Assembly: GCA_043739185.1 (NCBI GenBank)
Contig: JAYUEN010000332.1
Coordinates: 96,001-160,000 of the forward strand
DNA: 64,000 nt
Source of the DNA: Bdellovibrionales bacterium
Lineage (GTDB): Bacteria; Bdellovibrionota; Bdellovibrionia; Bdellovibrionales; JAMPXM01
Direction: 5' to 3'
Each line of letters begins with the position of its first letter. Position 1 is the stretch's first letter. Of this stretch, positions 20,413 through 28,603 are shown in pieces. Below the pieces are notes generated by a model that searched no databases, was not told the origin of the DNA, and saw only the letters and a program-made list of their open reading frames with translations. The position numbers were made by a program, and so were the translations under genes.

Positions 20413-21282
20413 ATGGATACAATTAGACTCAAATACTTTTGTGCGATCGCTGAAATCGGCAGTTTAACTAAGGCGGCTGAAATATTAAATATTTCGCATA
20501 GTGGGCTATCAAAAGCTATGAGCGTCTTACAAGAAGAACTCGGAGAACAAATCTTTCGCCCCCAAGGTCGTGGACTTGAACTAACCGAGCGCGGAAAAGA
20601 TCTCTATACGAAATGCAAAGAAATATTAGACTTGGTTGCGAAGCTAAAGGAGGCCGATAGCTTGAGTAAGAAAAAGTTCTTGCGAATTGGCCTTGCTGAA
20701 ATCTTTGCCATTTCGATTGCAGGAGATATCGCTCAATCTATTTCGCCGGATCTTTCCCAAAGTATCGATTTTTATGATCTTGATTCAGGCGAGGCGGAAG
20801 TTCAAATTCTTTCAGGTAAAATTGACTTCGCGCTTTCGTTTGTACCTTTTCCGCACCGAGATATTGAGTATTTGAAAATTAAGCGGACACCCATGGGCAT
20901 TTATTTTAACAATCCGCATTTTGCAAAGCTAGAGCTTGAACAGCTTCCCTTTGTAACTCCCAATATTGAAATTGAAAATAATCCGTTGAGCATCAAGTCG
21001 CGAGATGGCTGGCCAACTGAATTACGGCGTAAAGTTCAGTTTGGTGCCAATACATTAGCTTTAGCCCTACAGATGGTTGATGCCGGAAATGCGGCCATTT
21101 TTATACCTCAATTTGTTGCGAAAAATTTGAATCGACGGCGAAGCTTTCAATTTCAGGAATACGAAGTGAAAAAGGTGTTTCTCGCAGAGAGCACACGCGA
21201 TATTTATTTAGTGAAAAAAAAGAATTTAGAAGAAAGCCAAGAAATGAAACTATTGGCAAAGGTCGTAAGAAAACTTTGCTGA
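20413..21282 (+). CDS. LysR-family transcriptional regulator
   Basis: N-terminal HTH GSLTKAAEILNISHSGLSKAMSVLQEELG...LTERG; divergent from the four-gene operon. Confidence 0.92.
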   Translation: MDTIRLKYFCAIAEIGSLTKAAEILNISHSGLSKAMSVLQEELGEQIFRPQGRGLELTERGKDLYTKCKEILDLVAKLKEADSLSKKKFLRIGLAEIFAISIAGDIAQSISPDLSQSIDFYDLDSGEAEVQILSGKIDFALSFVPFPHRDIEYLKIKRTPMGIYFNNPHFAKLELEQLPFVTPNIEIENNPLSIKSRDGWPTELRRKVQFGANTLALALQMVDAGNAAIFIPQFVAKNLNRRRSFQFQEYEVKKVFLAESTRDIYLVKKKNLEESQEMKLLAKVVRKLC

Positions 21283-21283
21283 T

Positions 21284-22039
21284 TTAAAAGAAATAAAAGC
21301 GAAAACTAACTCCACCATAAGGTCCGCTCAAATCGACTGAACGATTTGAACCATCTTGATTGAGCAAGATCGAACCAATGGCTTCATTTCCGTTAAATCC
21401 TTTGACTGCGGCAGAACTCGTAAAGGCACTCAATTTCAAATAACGGTAACCTGCGGTTAACATCATGGTCGCTATATCTGAAAACTGAAACTCAAGTGCC
21501 GTATATCCCAAATACATTGATGAATTTGAAGTGGCATCTTCTTCAAAATCACTTAGTCCAAAGCTTTGGCCCGCGGTGGTAAAGGTGTATTTGTTGGCAA
21601 GATTTGCCATTGCATAGCCATAGCCACCACCGACAAGCAATCTCCACGTATTGCCGCTCTTAACTGCAAACTCGAGAGCTAGAGTTGGAATCAAAGTGGT
21701 CACATGGGTATCCAGATTATAAAGCCCAGTTCCCGCGGCATTGCTACCAGTTACATTGGTCAAATGTCTCGGAAATAAATATTCGGCATAGAGTTTTAAA
21801 TTGAATCTTTTTGTGCTCGCCAAAAATCCAAACTCTGCGCTATAGTTGCTTTGCTCGGTCTGATCAAACACCATATTGTTACCGCTTGAACCGGCATAGG
21901 CCATATCAGTGGCTTGAGATGGCCCATAGGTTCCGCCAACAAAACCACCGAAGCTTGAATTTTTGAAATCAAAAACCCTTGCCTGAGAATTGCCAGTGGC
22001 AAAAAACAAAATAAGGAGAGCACATAAACTTCTCAACAT
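21284..22039 (-). CDS. Putative outer-membrane beta-barrel protein
   Basis: Signal peptide (SQA), alternating strands, LTAGYRYL, and terminal GPYGGVSFRFYFF. Confidence 0.65.
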   Translation of the reverse strand: MLRSLCALLILFFATGNSQARVFDFKNSSFGGFVGGTYGPSQATDMAYAGSSGNNMVFDQTEQSNYSAEFGFLASTKRFNLKLYAEYLFPRHLTNVTGSNAAGTGLYNLDTHVTTLIPTLALEFAVKSGNTWRLLVGGGYGYAMANLANKYTFTTAGQSFGLSDFEEDATSNSSMYLGYTALEFQFSDIATMMLTAGYRYLKLSAFTSSAAVKGFNGNEAIGSILLNQDGSNRSVDLSGPYGGVSFRFYFF

Positions 22040-22047
22040 TCACATTC

Positions 22048-22584
22048 CTAATGTTTTGAAACCGGACGAATATCTATTACCAATTGGTTTTGTTTATCCT
22101 CAGTGGCCTCAATCTGCGCTTTTGTTTCAACCGGCGCCCTCATAAAAAGAGTGATATTGGTAGTTCCGTCTTGAGGATCCATACTCATATCGGTTTTTGC
22201 AACTAAGTGAGAGCCGCGAAGTTCTTTAATGAGATCTTGCTGATCAATTGCTGTCTTTAATACTTGCGACAAATCTAAAACCAACCTTTGACCGGCTTGA
22301 TCGAGACTCAAATGAAAATACCCAGGTTGTGTTTTGAGCGGAATTCCGTCTTGATCACCGTAAGTTAAAATTAGTCTTTCAACTCCATCTGCCAAAAGCA
22401 TTTTTTGAACTCTCAATAAACTAAATATTTTTCCGGCGTTGCCACCAACTATCGCGCCAGCTGCTATATAGCTCCCAAGTTTTTGTGGTCGCACAACAGG
22501 TTTGGCAGGAACTGCCATGGCAAGCGAACCCATTAAGAAAATGTGTGACGCCAGCAAAAGCAAGACTACATATTTCACAATCAC
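22048..22584 (-). CDS. Exported hypothetical protein, possibly AMIN-like
   Basis: Signal peptide (AMA); beta-rich with RLVLDL and LVIDI motifs reminiscent of AMIN domains; GGAGG RBS. Confidence 0.5.
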   Translation of the reverse strand: MIVKYVVLLLLASHIFLMGSLAMAVPAKPVVRPQKLGSYIAAGAIVGGNAGKIFSLLRVQKMLLADGVERLILTYGDQDGIPLKTQPGYFHLSLDQAGQRLVLDLSQVLKTAIDQQDLIKELRGSHLVAKTDMSMDPQDGTTNITLFMRAPVETKAQIEATEDKQNQLVIDIRPVSKH

Positions 22585-22775
22585 AATTACCTCCAGCTTC
22601 CTATTTTATCTCGAGAGAGAGGCAAAACTCTCTAAAGAATTTTAGAAAGCTTCGTTTCAGGACCTAGGGCTTGAATATCACGAAGACATTTGTGTTACCT
22701 ATGCCATTAGACTTCGTTTTCCCGCAACTTGAGCTTGGTATGTGGCGGCATTCAAGAGTTCTCTGTCGCGATTTT

Positions 22776-22831
22776 AAATCAGTTTTCGTGGCAGCCGCAG
22801 CGGTTAGCCGTTTGGCAGCTTCAGTCTCTGG
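22776..22831 (+). repeat. Dispersed 56-bp intergenic element, copy 1
   Basis: AAATCAGTTTTCGTGGCAGCCGCAGCGGTTAGCCGTTTGGCAGCTTCAGTCTCTGG matches the reverse complement of 35733-35788 at 54/56 positions. Confidence 0.9.
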
Positions 22832-23135
22832 GTTCTGTTTCAGTTGCCGATAACCGAATCCGGTTTGCCCGCCCCCGAACTGATCTTTGTTTTACCAATC
22901 AAAAAGAGAAAATCTCTGATTTTTTGCTGACTTTTTTTGACCTTTTCAGACAAATAAACGCGAGTCATTTTTGCACTGACCATATTTGCCAAGTTTTTGA
23001 AAGATCTTCAGCTTGCTATGAAAAGCATTCAAAAAATACTCCCCATTATGACTTAAATTGGCATCCAGCTTCGGCATAGTTATTGGAATAGGCTTGGCCT
23101 TGAGGAAGAAAACACGAATTTAAAAGGGGACTTAA

Positions 23136-23633
23136 ATGAAAAATATTTGCCGATTGGCAATTGCAATTGCACTCTCGCTTCAGGTTATCAGCTGTGGCAA
23201 AAAAAATAATGATCCACAAGCGACACAAACAGCTATTCCCCCTATGAGTTTACAATCTTGCAATCAAAATAATGGCTATTCCCCTTACGGCGGCAATATT
23301 CCGTATAATCCGTATCAGTGGAATAACAACTACAACGTTTCTCAAGCCGGTTTTTGCGGCTGTAGTTACGGACAAGTTCCCGCCTGCAATCCTGGTGTCG
23401 GAATGTTTTGTGTGCCAGTCGGCCAGAACAGTGCCAATTATGCCCTGTACAACTACAATAACGGAAATTTCAATTTTAATAACTACGGCGGCTATAGTGG
23501 CTTTGGGGCAAATAATTCATGTACCGCGAGCATTGGCCAAATTTGTCAGGCTGGAGTTGTCGGATCTTGCGGCTATGGACGCTGTGTTCAGATGGTTCCC
23601 GGAAATCCTTATGGAATTTGCGCAAACTATTAG
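23136..23633 (+). CDS. Cys-rich, Asn/Tyr/Gly-rich lipoprotein
   Basis: Lipobox VISC; 10 further Cys; low-complexity N/Y/G tracts; AAGGGG RBS. Confidence 0.75.
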   Translation: MKNICRLAIAIALSLQVISCGKKNNDPQATQTAIPPMSLQSCNQNNGYSPYGGNIPYNPYQWNNNYNVSQAGFCGCSYGQVPACNPGVGMFCVPVGQNSANYALYNYNNGNFNFNNYGGYSGFGANNSCTASIGQICQAGVVGSCGYGRCVQMVPGNPYGICANY

Positions 23634-23741
23634 TTTCGCTAATGGGGCGTATGTTTTCTCGCCTCGGAATAGATTTTGCTATGTATTTGGGCAAAATGAG
23701 CGAGCAAATAGAATAGTTTGAACCCACTGTAAGGCTTGAAT

Positions 23742-23861
23742 ATGGATTTCTTTCATCAACATAAAGATGCCGTCCTTGTATCAGTCTTGAGTATATTATT
23801 CGTCGCCTGTTTTGAAATCACATTGGTATTTTTGTCACATTATTCTTTACTCAATCCTTAA
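23742..23861 (+). CDS. Putative 39-aa single-TM small protein (not in ORF track)
   Basis: MDFFHQHKDAVLVSVLSILFVACFEITLVFLSHYSLLNP*, preceded by AAGG; fills an otherwise empty gap. Confidence 0.4.
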   Translation: MDFFHQHKDAVLVSVLSILFVACFEITLVFLSHYSLLNP

Positions 23862-23957
23862 ACGAAAAAGCTCTCGCCTTAGCCCAGAGCGTTTCTCCCG
23901 CTGAATTTCTGCTAAAGATGATTGCTGCGCGAAGAGCTTGTGCTATCTTTGCAACAT

Positions 23958-26000
23958 ATGACAGACAAAAAAAATCCCCTTTTACAGAAGTCGAAATACA
24001 AACACGAAGCCACCACTTTTGATCTCATTCAAAAAGAACATTTTATACCTGCAATCCAAGAAGCAATCGTTCAAGCAAAAGCTAAAATTGAGTTAATAAA
24101 GAGCTCTGAGGCTTTGCCTAATTTTGAAAATACCATTTTGGCTCTTGAAAGCGCTCCTCAAGATCTTAATTATATTGCCGGAGTTTTTTTTAATCTTTTA
24201 GGGGCTGAAAGTGATGAAGCAATTCAGGCGATGGCGAAAGATATTTCGCCTCTACTCTCTGATTTTTCGAGCGATCTGACTTTAGATCCTCAACTCTTTT
24301 CTAAAATTCAGAGCGTTTACAAGCAACGGGAAAAATTGGGTTTAAAGGGCGAAGAACTCACTTTGGTTGAGAAGACCTATAAAGACTTTGCTCGCAATGG
24401 TTCGTTGTTAGATGAAACGAAAAAGCAAAGAATGCGAGAGTTGGATCAGCAATTGGCGCAAGCTGGACTTGAATACTCTGACCGCGTTTTGCGATCAACC
24501 AACGAATTTGAATTGCTCATCACCAATCAAACTGAGTTGGCTGGATTGCCGGAATCCGCCCTTGATTCGTTTGCACAGGCCGCTAAAAACGCCGGCAAGT
24601 CGGGCTGGCTTTTGAATCTACAGGCGCCTAGTTATATGCCGATATTAACCTATTCGAGCAATCGAGCATTGAGAGAAAAAATGTGGCGCGCCTTCAATTC
24701 ACGTGCGACCAGCGGAGAGAATGATAATAAATCGCTCTGCCTCAAAATCGTAAGACTCAAAGATGAACGTGCAAGGCTTTTAGGTTTTCAAGATTTTGCA
24801 GCTTTCACTTTAGAGGAAAGAATGGCGCAATCTGCTGAACAGGTCATGAGCTTTTTAAATCGTTTGGTTGATAAGTCCCTACCGGCGGCCAAGCGAGATC
24901 TCGAATTGGTAAAGGAGTTTCAAAAAACTTTGCCCAGCGAAAAATATGAGTTTATGCCTTGGGATTACGGTTATATATCTGAAAAGTTAAAATTGGCAAA
25001 ATATGACTTTGATGAGGAGCAATTACGGCCGTATTTTCAACTCGATAAAGTCATCGCAGGGGCTTTTGAGCATGCCCGAAGACTCTATGGCTTGGTTTTC
25101 AAACTTATCGAAGATGTGCCCGTCTACCATCCTGATGTGAAATGTTTTGAAGTGATAAATGAAAAGACCAAAGAATTTGTCGGGCTCTTATATGCTGATT
25201 TTTTCCCTAGAAAAGGAAAACGCAGTGGCGCCTGGATGACAAGTTACAAGGATCAAGGCTTAATCAACGGGAAAATATCGCGACCACATATTAGCATTGT
25301 TTGCAATTTCATTCCACCAACCGAAAATAAACCATCGCTTTTAAGTATGGATGAAGTGCGAACACTCTTTCATGAATTTGGTCACTCATTGCACGGACTT
25401 CTTTCGAATTGTAAATACACTTCGCTTTCAGGTACAAATGTGTTTTGGGACTTTGTCGAACTCCCCTCTCAAATTATGGAGAATTGGGTCTTAGAAAAAG
25501 AAGCCCTCGATCTCTTTGCTAGCCATTATCAAACGGGCGAAAAAATTCCGATCGAATTGACCGACAAGATTAAGGCCACCACCCGTTTTCAGGCCGGCTA
25601 CTCTTCTCTCAGGCAACTTCAATTTGGTTTGTTAGATATGGCTTGGCATTCTACTCCAATTGATCAAATTAAAGATGTCGATAGCTTTGAAAGAAAAGAA
25701 CTTTCGCGCACACAACTTTTACCATTTATTGAGGGCACAACACGCTCAACTAATTTTAGCCATATTTTTTCGGGTGGCTATGCTGCCGGCTACTATAGTT
25801 ATAAATGGGCCGAAGTTTTAGATGCCGACGCCTTTGAGCTCTTCAAAGAGCGCGGACTCTTCAATCAAGAAGTGGCCGAGAGTTTTCGTGTTAACATTCT
25901 CTCTCGAGGTGGCAGTGAACATCCCATGATCCTTTATAAAAAATTTCGCGGCAGAGAACCTGACCCAGATGCTTTACTCAGGCGTGATGGTTTAATCTAA
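23958..26000 (+). CDS. M3A metallopeptidase (peptidyl-dipeptidase Dcp / oligopeptidase A family)
   Basis: HEFGHSLH zinc motif, GKRSGAWM, DFVELPSQ and YYSYKWAEVLDAD. Confidence 0.93.
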   Translation: MTDKKNPLLQKSKYKHEATTFDLIQKEHFIPAIQEAIVQAKAKIELIKSSEALPNFENTILALESAPQDLNYIAGVFFNLLGAESDEAIQAMAKDISPLLSDFSSDLTLDPQLFSKIQSVYKQREKLGLKGEELTLVEKTYKDFARNGSLLDETKKQRMRELDQQLAQAGLEYSDRVLRSTNEFELLITNQTELAGLPESALDSFAQAAKNAGKSGWLLNLQAPSYMPILTYSSNRALREKMWRAFNSRATSGENDNKSLCLKIVRLKDERARLLGFQDFAAFTLEERMAQSAEQVMSFLNRLVDKSLPAAKRDLELVKEFQKTLPSEKYEFMPWDYGYISEKLKLAKYDFDEEQLRPYFQLDKVIAGAFEHARRLYGLVFKLIEDVPVYHPDVKCFEVINEKTKEFVGLLYADFFPRKGKRSGAWMTSYKDQGLINGKISRPHISIVCNFIPPTENKPSLLSMDEVRTLFHEFGHSLHGLLSNCKYTSLSGTNVFWDFVELPSQIMENWVLEKEALDLFASHYQTGEKIPIELTDKIKATTRFQAGYSSLRQLQFGLLDMAWHSTPIDQIKDVDSFERKELSRTQLLPFIEGTTRSTNFSHIFSGGYAAGYYSYKWAEVLDADAFELFKERGLFNQEVAESFRVNILSRGGSEHPMILYKKFRGREPDPDALLRRDGLI

Positions 26001-26013
26001 AGAAGGCTCGTTC

Positions 26014-26898
26014 ATGTCAGTGCAAAAAAAATCAAATCATTTTCAACCGCGGAATATATGTATCATATATCGTCCGCAAACTGCTTTGGCTGTTGAAAAA
26101 GCAAGGCTTTTGGCAAAACATTTGGTCGCACGTAAATTTAAAGTTTTTTCTGCTCCCAAACAGAGTCTTGTAAGTGGCTGCATGCAGGTCTCAGCGCGGA
26201 GCTTAAAAAGCCTAGATTGGGTGATCGCTTTAGGTGGCGACGGTACCTATTTGAGCGCCGTGAAAATGCTCAAAGGCAACCACACTCCGATTTTGGGAGT
26301 GAATATGGGCTCTTTAGGATTTTTAACCTCGGTTAAAAGTAAGGATCTCTTCAAAGCTGTCGAGCTCACGCTTCAACACAAAATGGAATTTAGGCCACGA
26401 GCTCAATTGCATTTGACCATAAAACGAAACGGCAAAGTCCGAGACGAAATTATTGCTCTCAATGATGCTGTTGTTGAGCGCGGTCGCAGCGAGCATCTCA
26501 TTGGCTTAGCGATTTATAGTCAAAAAGCTTTGGTATCAGAATACAAAGCCGATGCTTTGATTATTGCAACGCCAACTGGCTCGACCGCCTATAATTTGGC
26601 GGCAGGTGGTCCTATTCTGCATCCGGATGTTAAAGCCGTGGTTTTGACACCTGTATGCCCGCATGCCCTAACGAGTCGTCCTCTTATATTTCCAGACGAC
26701 CTACAGCTTTCACTTCGTCTTTTGCCCAAAAGTAAAAATGCTGCTTTGGTTGTCGATGGCACCAACTGTGGTGAACTGACCAATGAAGACGAAGTCGTTG
26801 TGGTAAGACATGACGTCAATCATTTTGTAATTCGTAATCCGGGACATAATTATTTTACTCTTTTGAGAGAAAAATTAAAATTTGGAGAAAGGTCTTAA
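26014..26898 (+). CDS. nadK: NAD kinase
   Basis: GGDGT, LGFL, LND, TPTGSTAYNLAAGGP and LREKL. Confidence 0.95.
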   Translation: MSVQKKSNHFQPRNICIIYRPQTALAVEKARLLAKHLVARKFKVFSAPKQSLVSGCMQVSARSLKSLDWVIALGGDGTYLSAVKMLKGNHTPILGVNMGSLGFLTSVKSKDLFKAVELTLQHKMEFRPRAQLHLTIKRNGKVRDEIIALNDAVVERGRSEHLIGLAIYSQKALVSEYKADALIIATPTGSTAYNLAAGGPILHPDVKAVVLTPVCPHALTSRPLIFPDDLQLSLRLLPKSKNAALVVDGTNCGELTNEDEVVVVRHDVNHFVIRNPGHNYFTLLREKLKFGERS

Positions 26899-26901
26899 AA
26901 T

Positions 26902-28596
26902 ATGCTTGTTGAACTTAAAGTAAGTCACTTTGCAATTATTGATAATATTCATATGAGTTTTGGACCAGGCCTCAATATTTTGAGTGGTGAAACCGGCGCC
27001 GGAAAATCAATCTTGCTAAAGAGTCTGGGCCTGCTCATGGGCGAAAAAGCATTATCTGATTCCATTCGCGCTGGTCAGGATACGGCGACAATTGAAGGCG
27101 CCTTTGATCTCGCTAAAAGACCCGATATAAAAGAAAGAATGATCGCAATGGGCATTGAAGTACTCGACAATGAACTCATTGTTAAACGAATTGTTTCAAA
27201 TCAAAATAAAAGCCGCATTTATCTCAATGGTAGTTTAAGCACACTTTCTTCCTTGCGAGACGTGGTTTCTCCTTTGGTTGAAGTCACCGGTCAAGCCGTT
27301 CCCCTGATCGAAATGACGGGCCAACATGACAACCGAAATTTGATTTCGCCACGCTACCATTTAGATCTTTTAGATCAATACAGTGGCGCCTGGAAGCTGA
27401 GAAATGAATATGAAACAAAATATTCAGAGTATCGAAATCTGCAAGATGAAGTTTTAGAACTCATTTCAAAAACTCGCGAAAAAAATCAACGTCTCGACTT
27501 TTTAATTTACCAACGTGATGAGATCGCAGCTCTTGATTTACGCTCCGGAGAAGAATCTTTAATTGAAGAAGAGACCAAGCGGCTGAAGTATTCATCCCGC
27601 CTGACTGAGTTTGTCGAGCAGGCCGAACGCATGCTTTCAGAGGACGAGGATTCGGTCTCAAATAAGCTGCATTTTTTGATCGGACGCTCGCATGAAATTA
27701 AAAAGCTTGATTCCTCATTGGCTGAAAAATTCGAAGTTCTTGAGCAAGTGAAAACACTGATCAATGAATTGGGCTTTGAGATTCGCGGCTATTCTCAAAA
27801 ATTAGAGGCCGATCCCGAGCGACTTGAAGAGCTTGAGCAGCGCCTCAGTCGTTTGCGCGGCTTACAGAAAAAATATGGTTCCACCGCTGATGAAATTCTC
27901 AAGGCATTCAAATCAATTGAAGACGAAATCTCGACTCTTGAAAACTCCGAGACCGAAGTCGCCGCCAAACAAAAACTAATAGCTTCGTTAGAAGTAGAAC
28001 TCAAAAAGTTGGCAATAGATCTTCATAAACGTCGAGTGAGTGCGGCCGAACTCTTGAGTCAAAGTGTAGGCGAAGAGCTTAAAGATCTGAATATGAAGGG
28101 TGTGAGCTTTGCAGTTAAGGCCGAAAAGCTGAATGAGCTCACGTCAACTGGCTGTAGCTCAATTGAGTTTTGCACGCAAAACTCAAAATCTGAAGAGCCT
28201 AAGTCCCTATCTAAATTTGCAAGTGGTGGCGAGCTGAGCCGTATTCTGCTTGCCATCAAACGCGTTGTAGGCCACGCCAAATACCCAAGAACCTATCTTT
28301 TTGACGAGGTCGACGCTGGCGTGAGTGGGCCAACCGCCGAAAAGGTTGGACGCAAACTTAAATCAATTGCAAGCGGAAGCCAGGTTATTTGCATTACCCA
28401 TCTGCCACAAGTGGCCTGTTTTGGTGATATTCATTTTTATATTCAAAAGTCACAATTTAAAAAAGGCGTTCAAATGGAAGTAATCGAACTCAAAAGTAAA
28501 GAACGCATTGAAGAAATTGCGCGATTAATTTCAGGAGAAAAAATAACTAAAACCAGTCTGGCACATGCAGAACAGCTGTTGAGAGAAGTCCAATAA
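26902..28596 (+). CDS. recN: DNA repair protein RecN
   Basis: SGETGAGKS, GQHD, coiled coil, ASGGELSR, FDEVDAGVSG and ITHLPQVA. Confidence 0.96.
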   Translation: MLVELKVSHFAIIDNIHMSFGPGLNILSGETGAGKSILLKSLGLLMGEKALSDSIRAGQDTATIEGAFDLAKRPDIKERMIAMGIEVLDNELIVKRIVSNQNKSRIYLNGSLSTLSSLRDVVSPLVEVTGQAVPLIEMTGQHDNRNLISPRYHLDLLDQYSGAWKLRNEYETKYSEYRNLQDEVLELISKTREKNQRLDFLIYQRDEIAALDLRSGEESLIEEETKRLKYSSRLTEFVEQAERMLSEDEDSVSNKLHFLIGRSHEIKKLDSSLAEKFEVLEQVKTLINELGFEIRGYSQKLEADPERLEELEQRLSRLRGLQKKYGSTADEILKAFKSIEDEISTLENSETEVAAKQKLIASLEVELKKLAIDLHKRRVSAAELLSQSVGEELKDLNMKGVSFAVKAEKLNELTSTGCSSIEFCTQNSKSEEPKSLSKFASGGELSRILLAIKRVVGHAKYPRTYLFDEVDAGVSGPTAEKVGRKLKSIASGSQVICITHLPQVACFGDIHFYIQKSQFKKGVQMEVIELKSKERIEEIARLISGEKITKTSLAHAEQLLREVQ

Positions 28597-28603
28597 AATA
28601 AGT

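Noticed and set aside
22671..23079. Short ORFs 22671-22853 and 22729-23079 (and 35679-35942)
   Set aside because: They read through the dispersed repeat, use weak starts and show no protein-like features; probably spurious.
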